Part shown: piece by piece, positions 26,918-36,598 of the stretch
How the letters are laid out: every line of letters begins with the position of its first letter
Position numbering within the stretch: the first letter of the stretch is position 1
NCBI GenBank assembly: GCA_944392175.1
Contig: CALXVT010000004.1
Location: 10,016 to 74,015 of the forward strand
Reading direction: 5' to 3'
Length of the DNA stretch: 64,000 nt
From: an uncultured Clostridia bacterium
GTDB taxonomy: Bacteria > Bacillota > Clostridia > TANB77 > CAG-508
Made by a program: the position numbers and the translations under genes
Notes under the pieces: model-generated
Database searches by the model: none
What the model saw: only the letters and a program-made list of their open reading frames with translations
Told to the model about the DNA's origin: nothing

Positions 26918-29900
26918 ATGAGATTAATTAGAAGAATTTTGTTAATTTTTCTATTTTTATCAATAGGATATTTAATCTTTAACTGTAATAAGGTTAATGC
27001 AGCTTTAGCTCAAGTTCCAGGTCCTAAATATGATGGGGATGTTGCATATAGTACATCGCCACATTTAAGTCCAAACTCTACCGGAATAGATATAGATTTT
27101 ATGGATTTAGTAGAATATAATGATGGAAAAGGAACTCCTAAGCCATATGGTTGTATAGATAGAAAAGTGTTGGCACAATGTGGATATGCATCTCATTACT
27201 ATAGTGTAACAAGTGTTATCGGCATCGGAAGTGTAGAAATAACAGGAGAGGCACCATGGATAAATTCTGCAACAGGTACAGTTAAATGGTCAAAATATAG
27301 TGATACAGTTTATAAAGTTGGCCCATATAAAGTTAATTTCTCTGGAAGTATATCTAGTATAGTTATTGATACTGATGGAGAAGATGCAACATTAAGTAAT
27401 GGACAGAAGAATGGAAACTTAGGTGTTGATACAATTACAAGTGGTACTGATTTTTATATTTATATTAGAAAAGGAATAGGAATTAAAAAAGTAAATGGAG
27501 TAAAAGTAAGTGTTGAATCTAAAGTAACAAGCAAGCAATTAAAACAGTATATTTTAGAATGCTATGCTGTTTCTCCAGTAGGTTATGGTCATGATAACCG
27601 TGATTGTGCAAATGGACCAACACATGTGCAAAGAGTTGAACATTATCAATATGACTCATCTATAACAACTGCAAGCGATTCTGTAGATCTTCCAGGTGCA
27701 CTAGGTGTAATCCAATTACAAATTGTAAAACACGATAAATACAGACCAGATATATTAGTACAAGGAGCAAAGTACGAATTATGGAGTGGAGGAAAACTAC
27801 AATATTCTGGGACAACAGGTGCTAATGGTATTGCAAATATTGCAGATGTTTTAATTGGAGATTATACAATTAAAGAAGTAGCAGTTCCATATAATTATGA
27901 ATTAAAAGGTTATGCAACATGGAATGGTACAACATATAATGATGTAACAAATATGAATGGAAGTTTAGAAGATGATACTAGAATAGATGTGTATAATGAA
28001 AGTTATATGGATCTGGGAGGTAAGGTCTTTATAGATAAGCCTTCTAAAAAAGACAAAAAAGAAAACGGATATTATAATAGTGATGGAGATCCACCAGATT
28101 CACCTTTGGAAGGAATAACAGTAACATTATATAGTTCAGAGCCAAACTCACAGCCAGAAACAATGTTTACTGATAAAGATGGAAATTATAAATTTTTACA
28201 CAAGTCTAAAGCATATGAATATTATATTAAATTCACATATAATGGACAAATTTATGAGCCTACAACATATAATGTTGGACTAAATTCGGATAGTCCAGAT
28301 AGAAAACTAAGGTCATATGCAACAGAAACACCATCAGAAAGAGATAATTTTAATAATAAATTTGCACCTGTAGATAGTTCACACCAAGCACCTTTATGGA
28401 CAGACAAAACTAATAGTGAATTCTTAATAGATGCATATACAGGAGATAGTGGTTTAGACAATTTATTAAAATTTGATAAAGATAGTACATCAGATGAATT
28501 ATTAAATATTAACTTAGGTTTATTAGAAAGAGAAAAATTTGATTTAAACTTAAGAAAAGATTTAGTAAATGTAGAACTTAAAATAAATGGAAAAGAACAT
28601 ACATATGAATATCCAGGTGGAGAACTACCATTAGATGTAGAAATAAGAGGTACTGATGTTAAAAGATATGAAAGAGAAATAGCAAGATCTGATTTAGGAT
28701 ATTCAGGACATGACAAACTAGAAGTATATATAACATATGTAATACAAATTCAAAATGAATCACAAGGACAAATAACAGGATATGTTACAGATTTAAACGA
28801 TTATTATGATATGTCATATTTAAAAATAGAATCTTGGGATGAGAACAATCAAACAATTAATTGGACAACAGTTGGTACAGTTTCAGAAAATGGAAAAGAA
28901 TATAATAAAATGCACACAACTGATTTGGCAAATGTTGGTATAACTGATAAAAAATATATTTATATAAGGTATCAATTAGAAGATGAAACTATAAGAGAAT
29001 TGTTTGATTCAAATACAGAATCTACAGAAGAAAATCTTGCAGAGATTGCAGGATATAGAAATACTTATACAGTAGCAAAACAAGATTTAAATGGTAGAAC
29101 AATGACAAATGCTGGAGAAGTAGCAGGTTTAATAGATATTGATTCAACACCTGATAATTTAAATCCTGTAAGTTCAGAAGTTCAAGATTTTATAGAAAAA
29201 TCTAAAACAGATGAATATCAAAATTTAAGTTCAGAAGAAAAATCTAATCAAAGTAGAGAAATTTTTGAAGATGATGCAGATTATGCACCAGGTTTAAGAA
29301 TTATTCCTACAGGACCAAGAACAATTTCTGGAACAGTATTTGAGGATTCACCAATTGCAGATAAATTAGATGAAAATGAAAGAATTGGTGATGGAGAATT
29401 AACAGGAGATGATACTAGAAGAATAAATCAGGTACATGTAGAATTAATAGCTGTTAAAGAAAATACTGCTGGAGAATGGGAAGTAGACGAAGATGTAATG
29501 AATTATTACGAAAGTAGTGATGGAAACTTAGTTTCTGATGTTGATGTAAGAACAAATACAAATGGAGAATATATTGTTTCTGGATACATACCAGGAGATT
29601 ATATAATTAGATTTACATATGGAGATCAAGAATGTTTAATTAATCCACAAAATGATGACGAAATGTACACAGGGCAAGATTATAAATCTACTTTATGGTT
29701 TAGCGAAAATTATGAAGGAGAAAATAATGATTGGTATAAAGATGAAACACCAAGAACAAATGATGCAACAGACAATCAAGATAGAAGAGAAGATGTAAAT
29801 TCATATAGTAGAACATTACAATATAGTAATGCAATAATACTTGATTCAGATAAGGATTCATCAAATGTAGCAGAACTTGCAGATAAAACATATATGTATG

Positions 29901-31156
29901 CCGATACAGCCTTAATGTCTATGCAAATAGAATATTTAGGTGAAGAAGAAGAGGATTATGATGTAAATAATGTTGATTTTGGTATAATAGAAAGACCAAG
30001 AACAAAGATTACTTTGGTAAAAAATGTAGAACGTGTTAAATTAAGTGCAGTAGATGGAAGTACAATATTTGATGCAAATGATACAGCTCCAGGTTTAACA
30101 TGGCAGAAAAATAAATATAATACAAATTCTAGAGAATTAGAAGCAAAAGGATTTGTGCAAGGAACTGTTGATGAAAACTTACTATATGGTTCTACAGCTC
30201 AGGTTACATATACATTTACAATAATAAATGATAGTGAAATTGATTATAATGATTTAGGTTATTATGAAAGAGGCGAAAAGCCAGAAGATGAAAAATTAAA
30301 TAAAATAAATACAAATAAAATGATTGACTACATTCCAAATACTTTTAAATATATAAAAGAAACATCTGATGCTCAAGGAGAGATTATAATAAGTGAATAT
30401 TCTGAAATACCTGATAATGCAGTTGGAATAACAAAACCACAAGATGAAACTTTATGGCAGGTAAAAAAGAATATTGTAGAAGGAATAACTCTAGACGCAA
30501 ACGAATACAGAATTAGTGGAAATGAATTATTAAAACAAAAAGTATTTGAAGATGTAAATAATAATATAGATACAGTAATTCAATTCCCAGGAACGAGTAA
30601 TTATCCGTCAGAAATTACAAGTTTAATAAATTCTGATCCAACACAATCAAAAGGATTGATAGCTCCAAATGGAGAAATAAAACTTAAAAATGCATTAACA
30701 ATTACTAGAGTAATTTCAAAAGATGGAGATTTAGAGGTAAAAGAAGGAGAACCAGAACAAAATGTTGCAGAAATAATTCAATTTACAATAGATAATGGTA
30801 GAAGACCATATTACGAATCAGAAAAAGACATAGATGATATTACAGGAGATACAGAATCTGGTGGTGGAAGCGGAGATAGCGAAGATGAAGATGATCCAAC
30901 AAAATTTGATAGTGTACATACTGTTACTACAGAGACAGGAGAAATCATACCAGTAGTTACAGAAACACCAGGTAATGCAAATCCAATGGATCCAAAGACA
31001 TGGTTTGAAATAGATACAGCTATTTCTGAAGAGGTACAATTTATACCGCCATTTGGTAATAATAAAAAAGCTGAGTTAATAATTATAATAGTTATAGCAC
31101 TTGGTGTTTTGGGAATAGGTATATATATTATTAAGAAAAAAGTTTTATTAAAATAA
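26918..31156 (+). CDS. giant surface protein B' (paralogue of B, with a SpaA-like domain)
   Basis: C-terminal ~1000 aa colinear with B (FDLNLRKDL..VEL.INGK.HTY.YPGG.LPLDV, ETPGNANPMDP.TWFE.DTA.SEEV); N-terminus differs; IPPFG followed by TM and KKKVLLK. Confidence 0.85.
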   Translation: MRLIRRILLIFLFLSIGYLIFNCNKVNAALAQVPGPKYDGDVAYSTSPHLSPNSTGIDIDFMDLVEYNDGKGTPKPYGCIDRKVLAQCGYASHYYSVTSVIGIGSVEITGEAPWINSATGTVKWSKYSDTVYKVGPYKVNFSGSISSIVIDTDGEDATLSNGQKNGNLGVDTITSGTDFYIYIRKGIGIKKVNGVKVSVESKVTSKQLKQYILECYAVSPVGYGHDNRDCANGPTHVQRVEHYQYDSSITTASDSVDLPGALGVIQLQIVKHDKYRPDILVQGAKYELWSGGKLQYSGTTGANGIANIADVLIGDYTIKEVAVPYNYELKGYATWNGTTYNDVTNMNGSLEDDTRIDVYNESYMDLGGKVFIDKPSKKDKKENGYYNSDGDPPDSPLEGITVTLYSSEPNSQPETMFTDKDGNYKFLHKSKAYEYYIKFTYNGQIYEPTTYNVGLNSDSPDRKLRSYATETPSERDNFNNKFAPVDSSHQAPLWTDKTNSEFLIDAYTGDSGLDNLLKFDKDSTSDELLNINLGLLEREKFDLNLRKDLVNVELKINGKEHTYEYPGGELPLDVEIRGTDVKRYEREIARSDLGYSGHDKLEVYITYVIQIQNESQGQITGYVTDLNDYYDMSYLKIESWDENNQTINWTTVGTVSENGKEYNKMHTTDLANVGITDKKYIYIRYQLEDETIRELFDSNTESTEENLAEIAGYRNTYTVAKQDLNGRTMTNAGEVAGLIDIDSTPDNLNPVSSEVQDFIEKSKTDEYQNLSSEEKSNQSREIFEDDADYAPGLRIIPTGPRTISGTVFEDSPIADKLDENERIGDGELTGDDTRRINQVHVELIAVKENTAGEWEVDEDVMNYYESSDGNLVSDVDVRTNTNGEYIVSGYIPGDYIIRFTYGDQECLINPQNDDEMYTGQDYKSTLWFSENYEGENNDWYKDETPRTNDATDNQDRREDVNSYSRTLQYSNAIILDSDKDSSNVAELADKTYMYADTALMSMQIEYLGEEEEDYDVNNVDFGIIERPRTKITLVKNVERVKLSAVDGSTIFDANDTAPGLTWQKNKYNTNSRELEAKGFVQGTVDENLLYGSTAQVTYTFTIINDSEIDYNDLGYYERGEKPEDEKLNKINTNKMIDYIPNTFKYIKETSDAQGEIIISEYSEIPDNAVGITKPQDETLWQVKKNIVEGITLDANEYRISGNELLKQKVFEDVNNNIDTVIQFPGTSNYPSEITSLINSDPTQSKGLIAPNGEIKLKNALTITRVISKDGDLEVKEGEPEQNVAEIIQFTIDNGRRPYYESEKDIDDITGDTESGGGSGDSEDEDDPTKFDSVHTVTTETGEIIPVVTETPGNANPMDPKTWFEIDTAISEEVQFIPPFGNNKKAELIIIIVIALGVLGIGIYIIKKKVLLK

Positions 31157-31162
31157 TAAAAC

Positions 31163-31191
31163 TTGACAAAAGATAAAATTATATGTAAACT
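31163..31191 (+). promoter_or_regulatory. sigma-A promoter upstream of corA
   Basis: TTGACA-N17-TAAACT. Confidence 0.55.
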
Positions 31192-31203
31192 AAATATAGT
31201 CAG

Positions 31204-31235
31204 ATAAATAGGAGCAAAAATTGGCTCCTATTTAT
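31204..31235 (+). terminator. terminator-like hairpin between B' and corA
   Basis: ATAAATAGGAGC-N8-GCTCCTATTTAT. Confidence 0.65.
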
Positions 31236-31311
31236 TGATTGTTTTCAGTAAAATACATTTGTGAACTTAAACGGAACACAGTATAAATCAAAAAAAAGGG
31301 GGATTTATAAT

Positions 31312-32265
31312 ATGATAAGGCTATATAATACAGATATAAAAACAAATAAGCTTGAAAGTGTAAGCACATATGAACGTGGTACTTGGATACATATGGTAGA
31401 TCCTTCGGAAGATGAAATAAAAGAAGTTTGCAAAAATGTAAATATTAAAGATGAATTTATTAGATATTCACTAGATAATGAGGAAAAGGCCAGAATTGAC
31501 GTAGAAGATGAAGATAATACAATATTATTTATTATAGATATACCAGTTACAGAAAAGACTCAAAATGGTGGATACATGTATGCAACAATGCCAATCGGTA
31601 TGATTGTAGTAAGAGATGACTTCTTTATAACAGTTTCTTTAAGAGAATGTAGTTTAATAAAAAAGTTTGAAACTGGTAAAGTCAAAGGCTTTTGTACATA
31701 TAAGAAGAGCAGATTTATATTGCAGATGATGTATAATAATTCATCAGAATATTTGGATTACTTAAAGAAGATCAATAAAGAAACAGAAATTGCAGAAAAT
31801 GTATTAAAAAATTCAATGAAAAACAGAGAATTGTTAAAATTACTTAGTTTAGAGAAATCTTTGGTATATATAACTACATCATTAAGATCAAATGAAGCAG
31901 TTATGGAGAGAACTTTAAAAATTAAAAATATTAAATTATATGATGAGGATGAAGATATATTAGAAGATGCTATTATAGAAAATAAGCAAGCTATAGAAAT
32001 GAGTAAAGTTTATAGTGACATTTTAAATGGAACAATGGATGCATATGCTTCAATTATTTCTAATAATCTAAATGGAGTAATGAAATCATTAACTTCAATT
32101 ACAATAATTATTGCAGTACCTACAATGATTGCAAGTTTTTGGGGAATGAATGTAAAGCTACCATTTGAAGGAAATCCACTGGGATTTTGGATAATGATTT
32201 TTATAGCAACATTACTTACAATCATTTCTGTAATATGGTTAAAAAGAAAAGATATGTTAAATTAA
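31312..32265 (+). CDS. corA: CorA-family Mg2+/Co2+ transporter
   Basis: PT.IASFWGMNV (GMN motif) with two C-terminal TMs. The GGGGG SD favours ATG 31312 over GTG 31261. Confidence 0.92.
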   Translation: MIRLYNTDIKTNKLESVSTYERGTWIHMVDPSEDEIKEVCKNVNIKDEFIRYSLDNEEKARIDVEDEDNTILFIIDIPVTEKTQNGGYMYATMPIGMIVVRDDFFITVSLRECSLIKKFETGKVKGFCTYKKSRFILQMMYNNSSEYLDYLKKINKETEIAENVLKNSMKNRELLKLLSLEKSLVYITTSLRSNEAVMERTLKIKNIKLYDEDEDILEDAIIENKQAIEMSKVYSDILNGTMDAYASIISNNLNGVMKSLTSITIIIAVPTMIASFWGMNVKLPFEGNPLGFWIMIFIATLLTIISVIWLKRKDMLN

Positions 32266-32325
32266 GCCTGACTATGTATATAATTATTTATTTTGTAAAT
32301 AATTATATTAATTAGGAGGCGGGCT

Positions 32326-32523
32326 ATGAAAATTATAGATGTAATAGCAATTATACTTATAGTCATAGGTGCAATTAATTGGGGACTAATTGGATTTTTT
32401 AATTTCAATTTAGTAGATACATTATTTGGAACTATGAGTGTAATAAGTAGAATTATTTATGCTTTAGTAGGAATTTCCGGATTATGGGGAATTAGACTAA
32501 TAGCAAAACAAGTTCAAGAATAA
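32326..32523 (+). CDS. DUF378 small membrane protein
   Basis: IGAINWGLIG.F.FNLV..LFG...SRIIY.LVG.SG signature. Confidence 0.92.
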   Translation: MKIIDVIAIILIVIGAINWGLIGFFNFNLVDTLFGTMSVISRIIYALVGISGLWGIRLIAKQVQE

Positions 32524-32536
32524 AATTAAAAATTTT

Positions 32537-32566
32537 AGGCGAGTTCTTTTTAGAATTCGCCTTTTT
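32537..32566 (+). terminator. intrinsic terminator
   Basis: AGGCGAGTTCT...AGAATTCGCCTTTTT. Confidence 0.75.
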
Positions 32567-32713
32567 GCATAATAGAAAAGTTAGGAGAACTTTCCTATTA
32601 TATAAATTAATTTCAATAGGTAAAATAGTAGTTTGAACTTGGAAAACATTGAGGTTGTAAAAAACTAAAAAATAGTATATAATGATGCAAGCTAAAAAAA
32701 GGGAGGAGAATAT

Positions 32714-34297
32714 ATGTTATCTGTAAATGGTGTAACTGTACGTTTTGGAAAAAGAGTTTTATTCGAAGATGTAAATATTAAATTTGGAAAAGGAAATTGC
32801 TATGGAATAATAGGAGCAAATGGTGCAGGTAAATCTACATTTTTAAAAGTTCTTTCTGGAGAGCTAGAGCCAAGCAAAGGAGATGTAACAATAGATAAAG
32901 GAGAGAGAATATCTATTTTAAAACAAGATCACTTTGCATATGATGAATATAATGTATTAGATGCAGTTATAATGGGAAATCAAGAGCTTTATGGAATAAT
33001 GAAAGAAAAAGATGAGATATATGCAAAAGAGGATTTTACAGAAGAGGACGGAATGAAAGCTGCAGCATTAGAAGAAAGATTTGCAGAACTTGATGGATGG
33101 AATGCAGAATCAGATGCAGCAACATTATTAAATGATTTAGGAATTTCACCTGACAATCATTATAAAAAAATGAAAGAGATTGATGATAGGGAAAAAGTAA
33201 AAGTATTACTAGCACAAAGTTTATTTGGAAATCCAGATATATTATTACTAGACGAACCTACAAATGATTTAGATTTAAAAACAATTCAATGGTTAGAAGA
33301 TTTCTTAATGAATTTTGAAAATACAGTATTAGTTGTATCACATGATAGATATTTTTTAAATAAGGTTTGTACACATATTGCAGATGTTGATTTTGGAAAA
33401 ATAAAAGTTTATCCAGGTAATTATGATTTCTGGTATGAATCTAGTCAGCTTGCATTAAAACAAATGAAAGATGCAAATAAAAAGAAAGAAGAAAAAATTA
33501 AAGAATTGCAAGAATTTATTGCACGTTTTAGTGCAAATGCATCAAAATCAAAACAAGCAACATCAAGAAAGAAATCATTAGAAAAAATACAATTAGATGA
33601 AATAAAGCCATCTAATAGAAAATATCCATATATAGATTTTAAACCAGATAGAGATGTGGGGAATGATATATTAACTGTAAAAAATCTTAGCAAAACAATA
33701 GAAGGAGAAAAGGTTCTAGATAATATATCTTTTACAGTAAAAGCTAATAATAAAATTGCAGTTTTAGCAGATAATGAAAATACAAAAACAGTTTTATTCC
33801 AAATTCTAGCTGGAGAATTAGAACCAGATGAAGGAACAGTAACTTGGGGAACTACAATTACACATTCTTATTTCCCTAAAGATAATAGTTATTTATTTAC
33901 ACAGGATTTAAGTATAACAGACTGGCTTAGACAATATTCTAAAGATCCAGATGAAACATATGTAAGAAGCTTTTTAGGAAGAATGCTATTTTCAGGAGAT
34001 GAAGCTTTAAAAAATGTAAAAGTTTTATCTGGAGGAGAAAAAGTTAGATGTGTATTATCAAAAATAATGTTATCTGGTGCAAACTTTTTAATATTTGATG
34101 AGCCAACAAACCATTTAGATATGGAAAGTATTACTGCTTTAAATGAAGGAATGAGTAAATTTAAAGGAGATATGATATTTTCTTCACATGACCATCAATT
34201 AGTTCAAACTGTTGCAAATAGAATATTGGATATAAAAGCAGACGGAAGAGTAATAGATAAAGAATGTACTTATAATGAATATTTAGGACTTGATTAA
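32714..34297 (+). CDS. ABC-F family ATPase (YbiT/YkpA-like)
   Basis: Tandem ABC domains without TMs: GANGAGKST, LDEPTN, LSGGE, DEPTNHLD. Confidence 0.93.
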   Translation: MLSVNGVTVRFGKRVLFEDVNIKFGKGNCYGIIGANGAGKSTFLKVLSGELEPSKGDVTIDKGERISILKQDHFAYDEYNVLDAVIMGNQELYGIMKEKDEIYAKEDFTEEDGMKAAALEERFAELDGWNAESDAATLLNDLGISPDNHYKKMKEIDDREKVKVLLAQSLFGNPDILLLDEPTNDLDLKTIQWLEDFLMNFENTVLVVSHDRYFLNKVCTHIADVDFGKIKVYPGNYDFWYESSQLALKQMKDANKKKEEKIKELQEFIARFSANASKSKQATSRKKSLEKIQLDEIKPSNRKYPYIDFKPDRDVGNDILTVKNLSKTIEGEKVLDNISFTVKANNKIAVLADNENTKTVLFQILAGELEPDEGTVTWGTTITHSYFPKDNSYLFTQDLSITDWLRQYSKDPDETYVRSFLGRMLFSGDEALKNVKVLSGGEKVRCVLSKIMLSGANFLIFDEPTNHLDMESITALNEGMSKFKGDMIFSSHDHQLVQTVANRILDIKADGRVIDKECTYNEYLGLD

Positions 34298-34398
34298 TAT
34301 AAAGGCAAAAATGAAAATGTATCCAAAAATTATTAATGAAGTATATGAATAAAATTACTAAAGAAATAGATATTTCGAGGAAGGAAAATGAGTTTAGA

Positions 34399-36552
34399 AT
34401 GAAAAAAATAGAGCAAATTATTGCAGATGAATTAAACATTAAACTAAATCAAGTTGAAAATACAATTAAATTAATTGATGAAGGTAATACAATACCTTTT
34501 ATAGCTAGATATAGAAAAGAGGTCACAGGTGGACTTTCTGATGAAACATTAAGAACATTTAGTGAAAGATTAAATTATTTAAGAAATCTAGAAAAAAGAA
34601 AAGAAGAAGTTACAAAATCTATAGATGAACAAGGTAAATTAACAGAGGAAATTGTAAAGGATTTAGAGAATGCGGTAACTTTAGCAGAAGTAGAAGATAT
34701 ATATAGACCTTATAAACAAAAGAAAAAGACAAGAGCAACAGTGGCAAAAGCAAAAGGATTAGAACCATTAGCAGAGATAATATTTGAACAAAAAGAAACA
34801 AAGAATTTAAAAGAAATTGCAAAAGAGTACATAAATGAGGAGAAGAAAGTAAAAACTGCAGAAGAGGCAATACAAGGTGCTCTAGATATTATTGCAGAAA
34901 ATATTTCGGATAATCCAGAATACAGAAAGATTATAAAGAAAATTGTATATACAGAAGGAATGCTAGAGACAAAAGCAAGTAAGCCAGATGAAAGATCAGC
35001 ATATGAAATGTATTACGAATTTAGTGAAAAGGTTAATAAATTACCAAGTCATAGAATATTGGCAATTAATAGAGGAGAAAAAGAAGATTTCTTAAAAGTT
35101 AAAATAGAAAAAAATGAAGAAAAAATATTAGAAATAATTCAAAAAGATATTATAAAAGGTGAAACACAATTTACTCAATTATTAATAGATACTATATCAG
35201 ATAGTTTTAAAAGATTGATTGAACCATCAATAGATAGAGAAATAAGATCAGATTTAACAGAAAAGGCAGAAGAACAAGCTATTAAAGTATTTGGAAAAAA
35301 TGCAAAACAATTATTACTTGGAGCACCTCTTAAAGGAATTACTGTTATGGGATTTGATCCCGCATATAGAACAGGTTGTAAAATTGCTATAATTGATGAA
35401 ACAGGTAAAGTATTAGATTATACAACAGTATATCCAACAGAACCACAAAATGATGTAGAAGGGGCAGAAAAAGAGTTGGTAAAATTAATTAATAAAGATA
35501 AAGTAGATATGATTGCAATAGGAAATGGAACTGCATCAAGAGAATCTGAAATGTTTGTTTCAGAGATGATAAAAAAATGTGATCATAAAGTACTTTATAC
35601 AATAGTAAGTGAAGCAGGAGCATCTGTATATTCTGCATCTAAACTTGCAACAGAAGAATATCCAGATATAAATGTCTCTATAAGAGGTGCTATATCAATA
35701 GCAAGACGTTTGCAAGATCCACTTGCAGAATTCGTAAAAATAGATCCAAAATCAATTGGTGTAGGACAATATCAACATGATGTAAATCAAAAGAAACTTG
35801 AAGAAAGTCTAGCAGGAGTAGTAGAAGATAGTGTTAATAAAGTTGGAGTTGATGTAAATACTGCAACACCATCACTTCTTTCATATGTTTCTGGAATAAA
35901 TAAGACTATAGCTAAAAATATTGTTAAATATAGAGATGAAAATGGAAAATTAACAGAAAGAAAACAATTATTAAAGGTTCCAAAATTAGGAAAAGTGGCA
36001 TATGAACAATGTGCAGGATTTATTAGAATTCCAGACGGTAAAAATGCACTAGAAAATACTGCAGTTCATCCAGAAAGTTATGAGAGTGCTGAAAAACTTT
36101 TAAATAATTTAGGATATAAAGTTGAAGATTTAAAAGATAAAGATAAGATTAAGGAAATTAGAGGAAAACTTTCTGATGTAAATGTAAAAGAAACAGCAAA
36201 ACAATTAGAAATTGGAGAATTAACTTTAAAAGATATAATTGACGAATTATCTAAGCCAGGAAGAGATCCTAGAGAAGATATGCCAAAACCAATATTAAGG
36301 CAAGATGTGTTAAAATTTGAAGATTTAAAAGAAGGAATGATATTAACAGGAACAGTTAGAAATGTTATAGATTTTGGAGCATTTGTGGATATTGGTGTAA
36401 AACATGATGGACTTGTCCACATATCAGAAATGAGTGAAAAATTTGTTAAAAATCCATCAGATATTGTTTCTGTTGGAGATATTGTAAAAGTAAAAGTTAT
36501 TGGAATTGATAATGAAAGACAAAAAGTAAAATTATCTATGAAAATAGGTTAA
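34399..36552 (+). CDS. tex: Tex-family RNA-binding transcription accessory protein (S1 domain)
   Basis: TIPFIARYRKE, GFDPAYRTGCK, IGVGQYQHD and a C-terminal S1 domain (NVIDFGAFVDIG). Homology favours the start at 34399. Confidence 0.95.
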   Translation: MKKIEQIIADELNIKLNQVENTIKLIDEGNTIPFIARYRKEVTGGLSDETLRTFSERLNYLRNLEKRKEEVTKSIDEQGKLTEEIVKDLENAVTLAEVEDIYRPYKQKKKTRATVAKAKGLEPLAEIIFEQKETKNLKEIAKEYINEEKKVKTAEEAIQGALDIIAENISDNPEYRKIIKKIVYTEGMLETKASKPDERSAYEMYYEFSEKVNKLPSHRILAINRGEKEDFLKVKIEKNEEKILEIIQKDIIKGETQFTQLLIDTISDSFKRLIEPSIDREIRSDLTEKAEEQAIKVFGKNAKQLLLGAPLKGITVMGFDPAYRTGCKIAIIDETGKVLDYTTVYPTEPQNDVEGAEKELVKLINKDKVDMIAIGNGTASRESEMFVSEMIKKCDHKVLYTIVSEAGASVYSASKLATEEYPDINVSIRGAISIARRLQDPLAEFVKIDPKSIGVGQYQHDVNQKKLEESLAGVVEDSVNKVGVDVNTATPSLLSYVSGINKTIAKNIVKYRDENGKLTERKQLLKVPKLGKVAYEQCAGFIRIPDGKNALENTAVHPESYESAEKLLNNLGYKVEDLKDKDKIKEIRGKLSDVNVKETAKQLEIGELTLKDIIDELSKPGRDPREDMPKPILRQDVLKFEDLKEGMILTGTVRNVIDFGAFVDIGVKHDGLVHISEMSEKFVKNPSDIVSVGDIVKVKVIGIDNERQKVKLSMKIG

Positions 36553-36580
36553 AAAAAAGCTTCTTATGAAGCTTTTTTTT
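36551..36580. terminator. bidirectional terminator between tex and the DUF975 gene
   Basis: A8-GCTTC-TTAT-GAAGC-T8. Confidence 0.85.
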
Positions 36581-36598
36581 ACATAGAATTTGCCAATA

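Noticed and set aside
11464-31156. Diversity-generating retroelement or shufflon acting on the adhesin pairs
   Set aside because: No reverse transcriptase, invertase, adenine-specific TR/VR pair or inverted cassettes were found; the B/B' similarity is ordinary paralogy.
31198-31311. M-box (ykoK) riboswitch before corA
   Set aside because: The leader is only about 110 nt and lacks the conserved multi-helix pattern.
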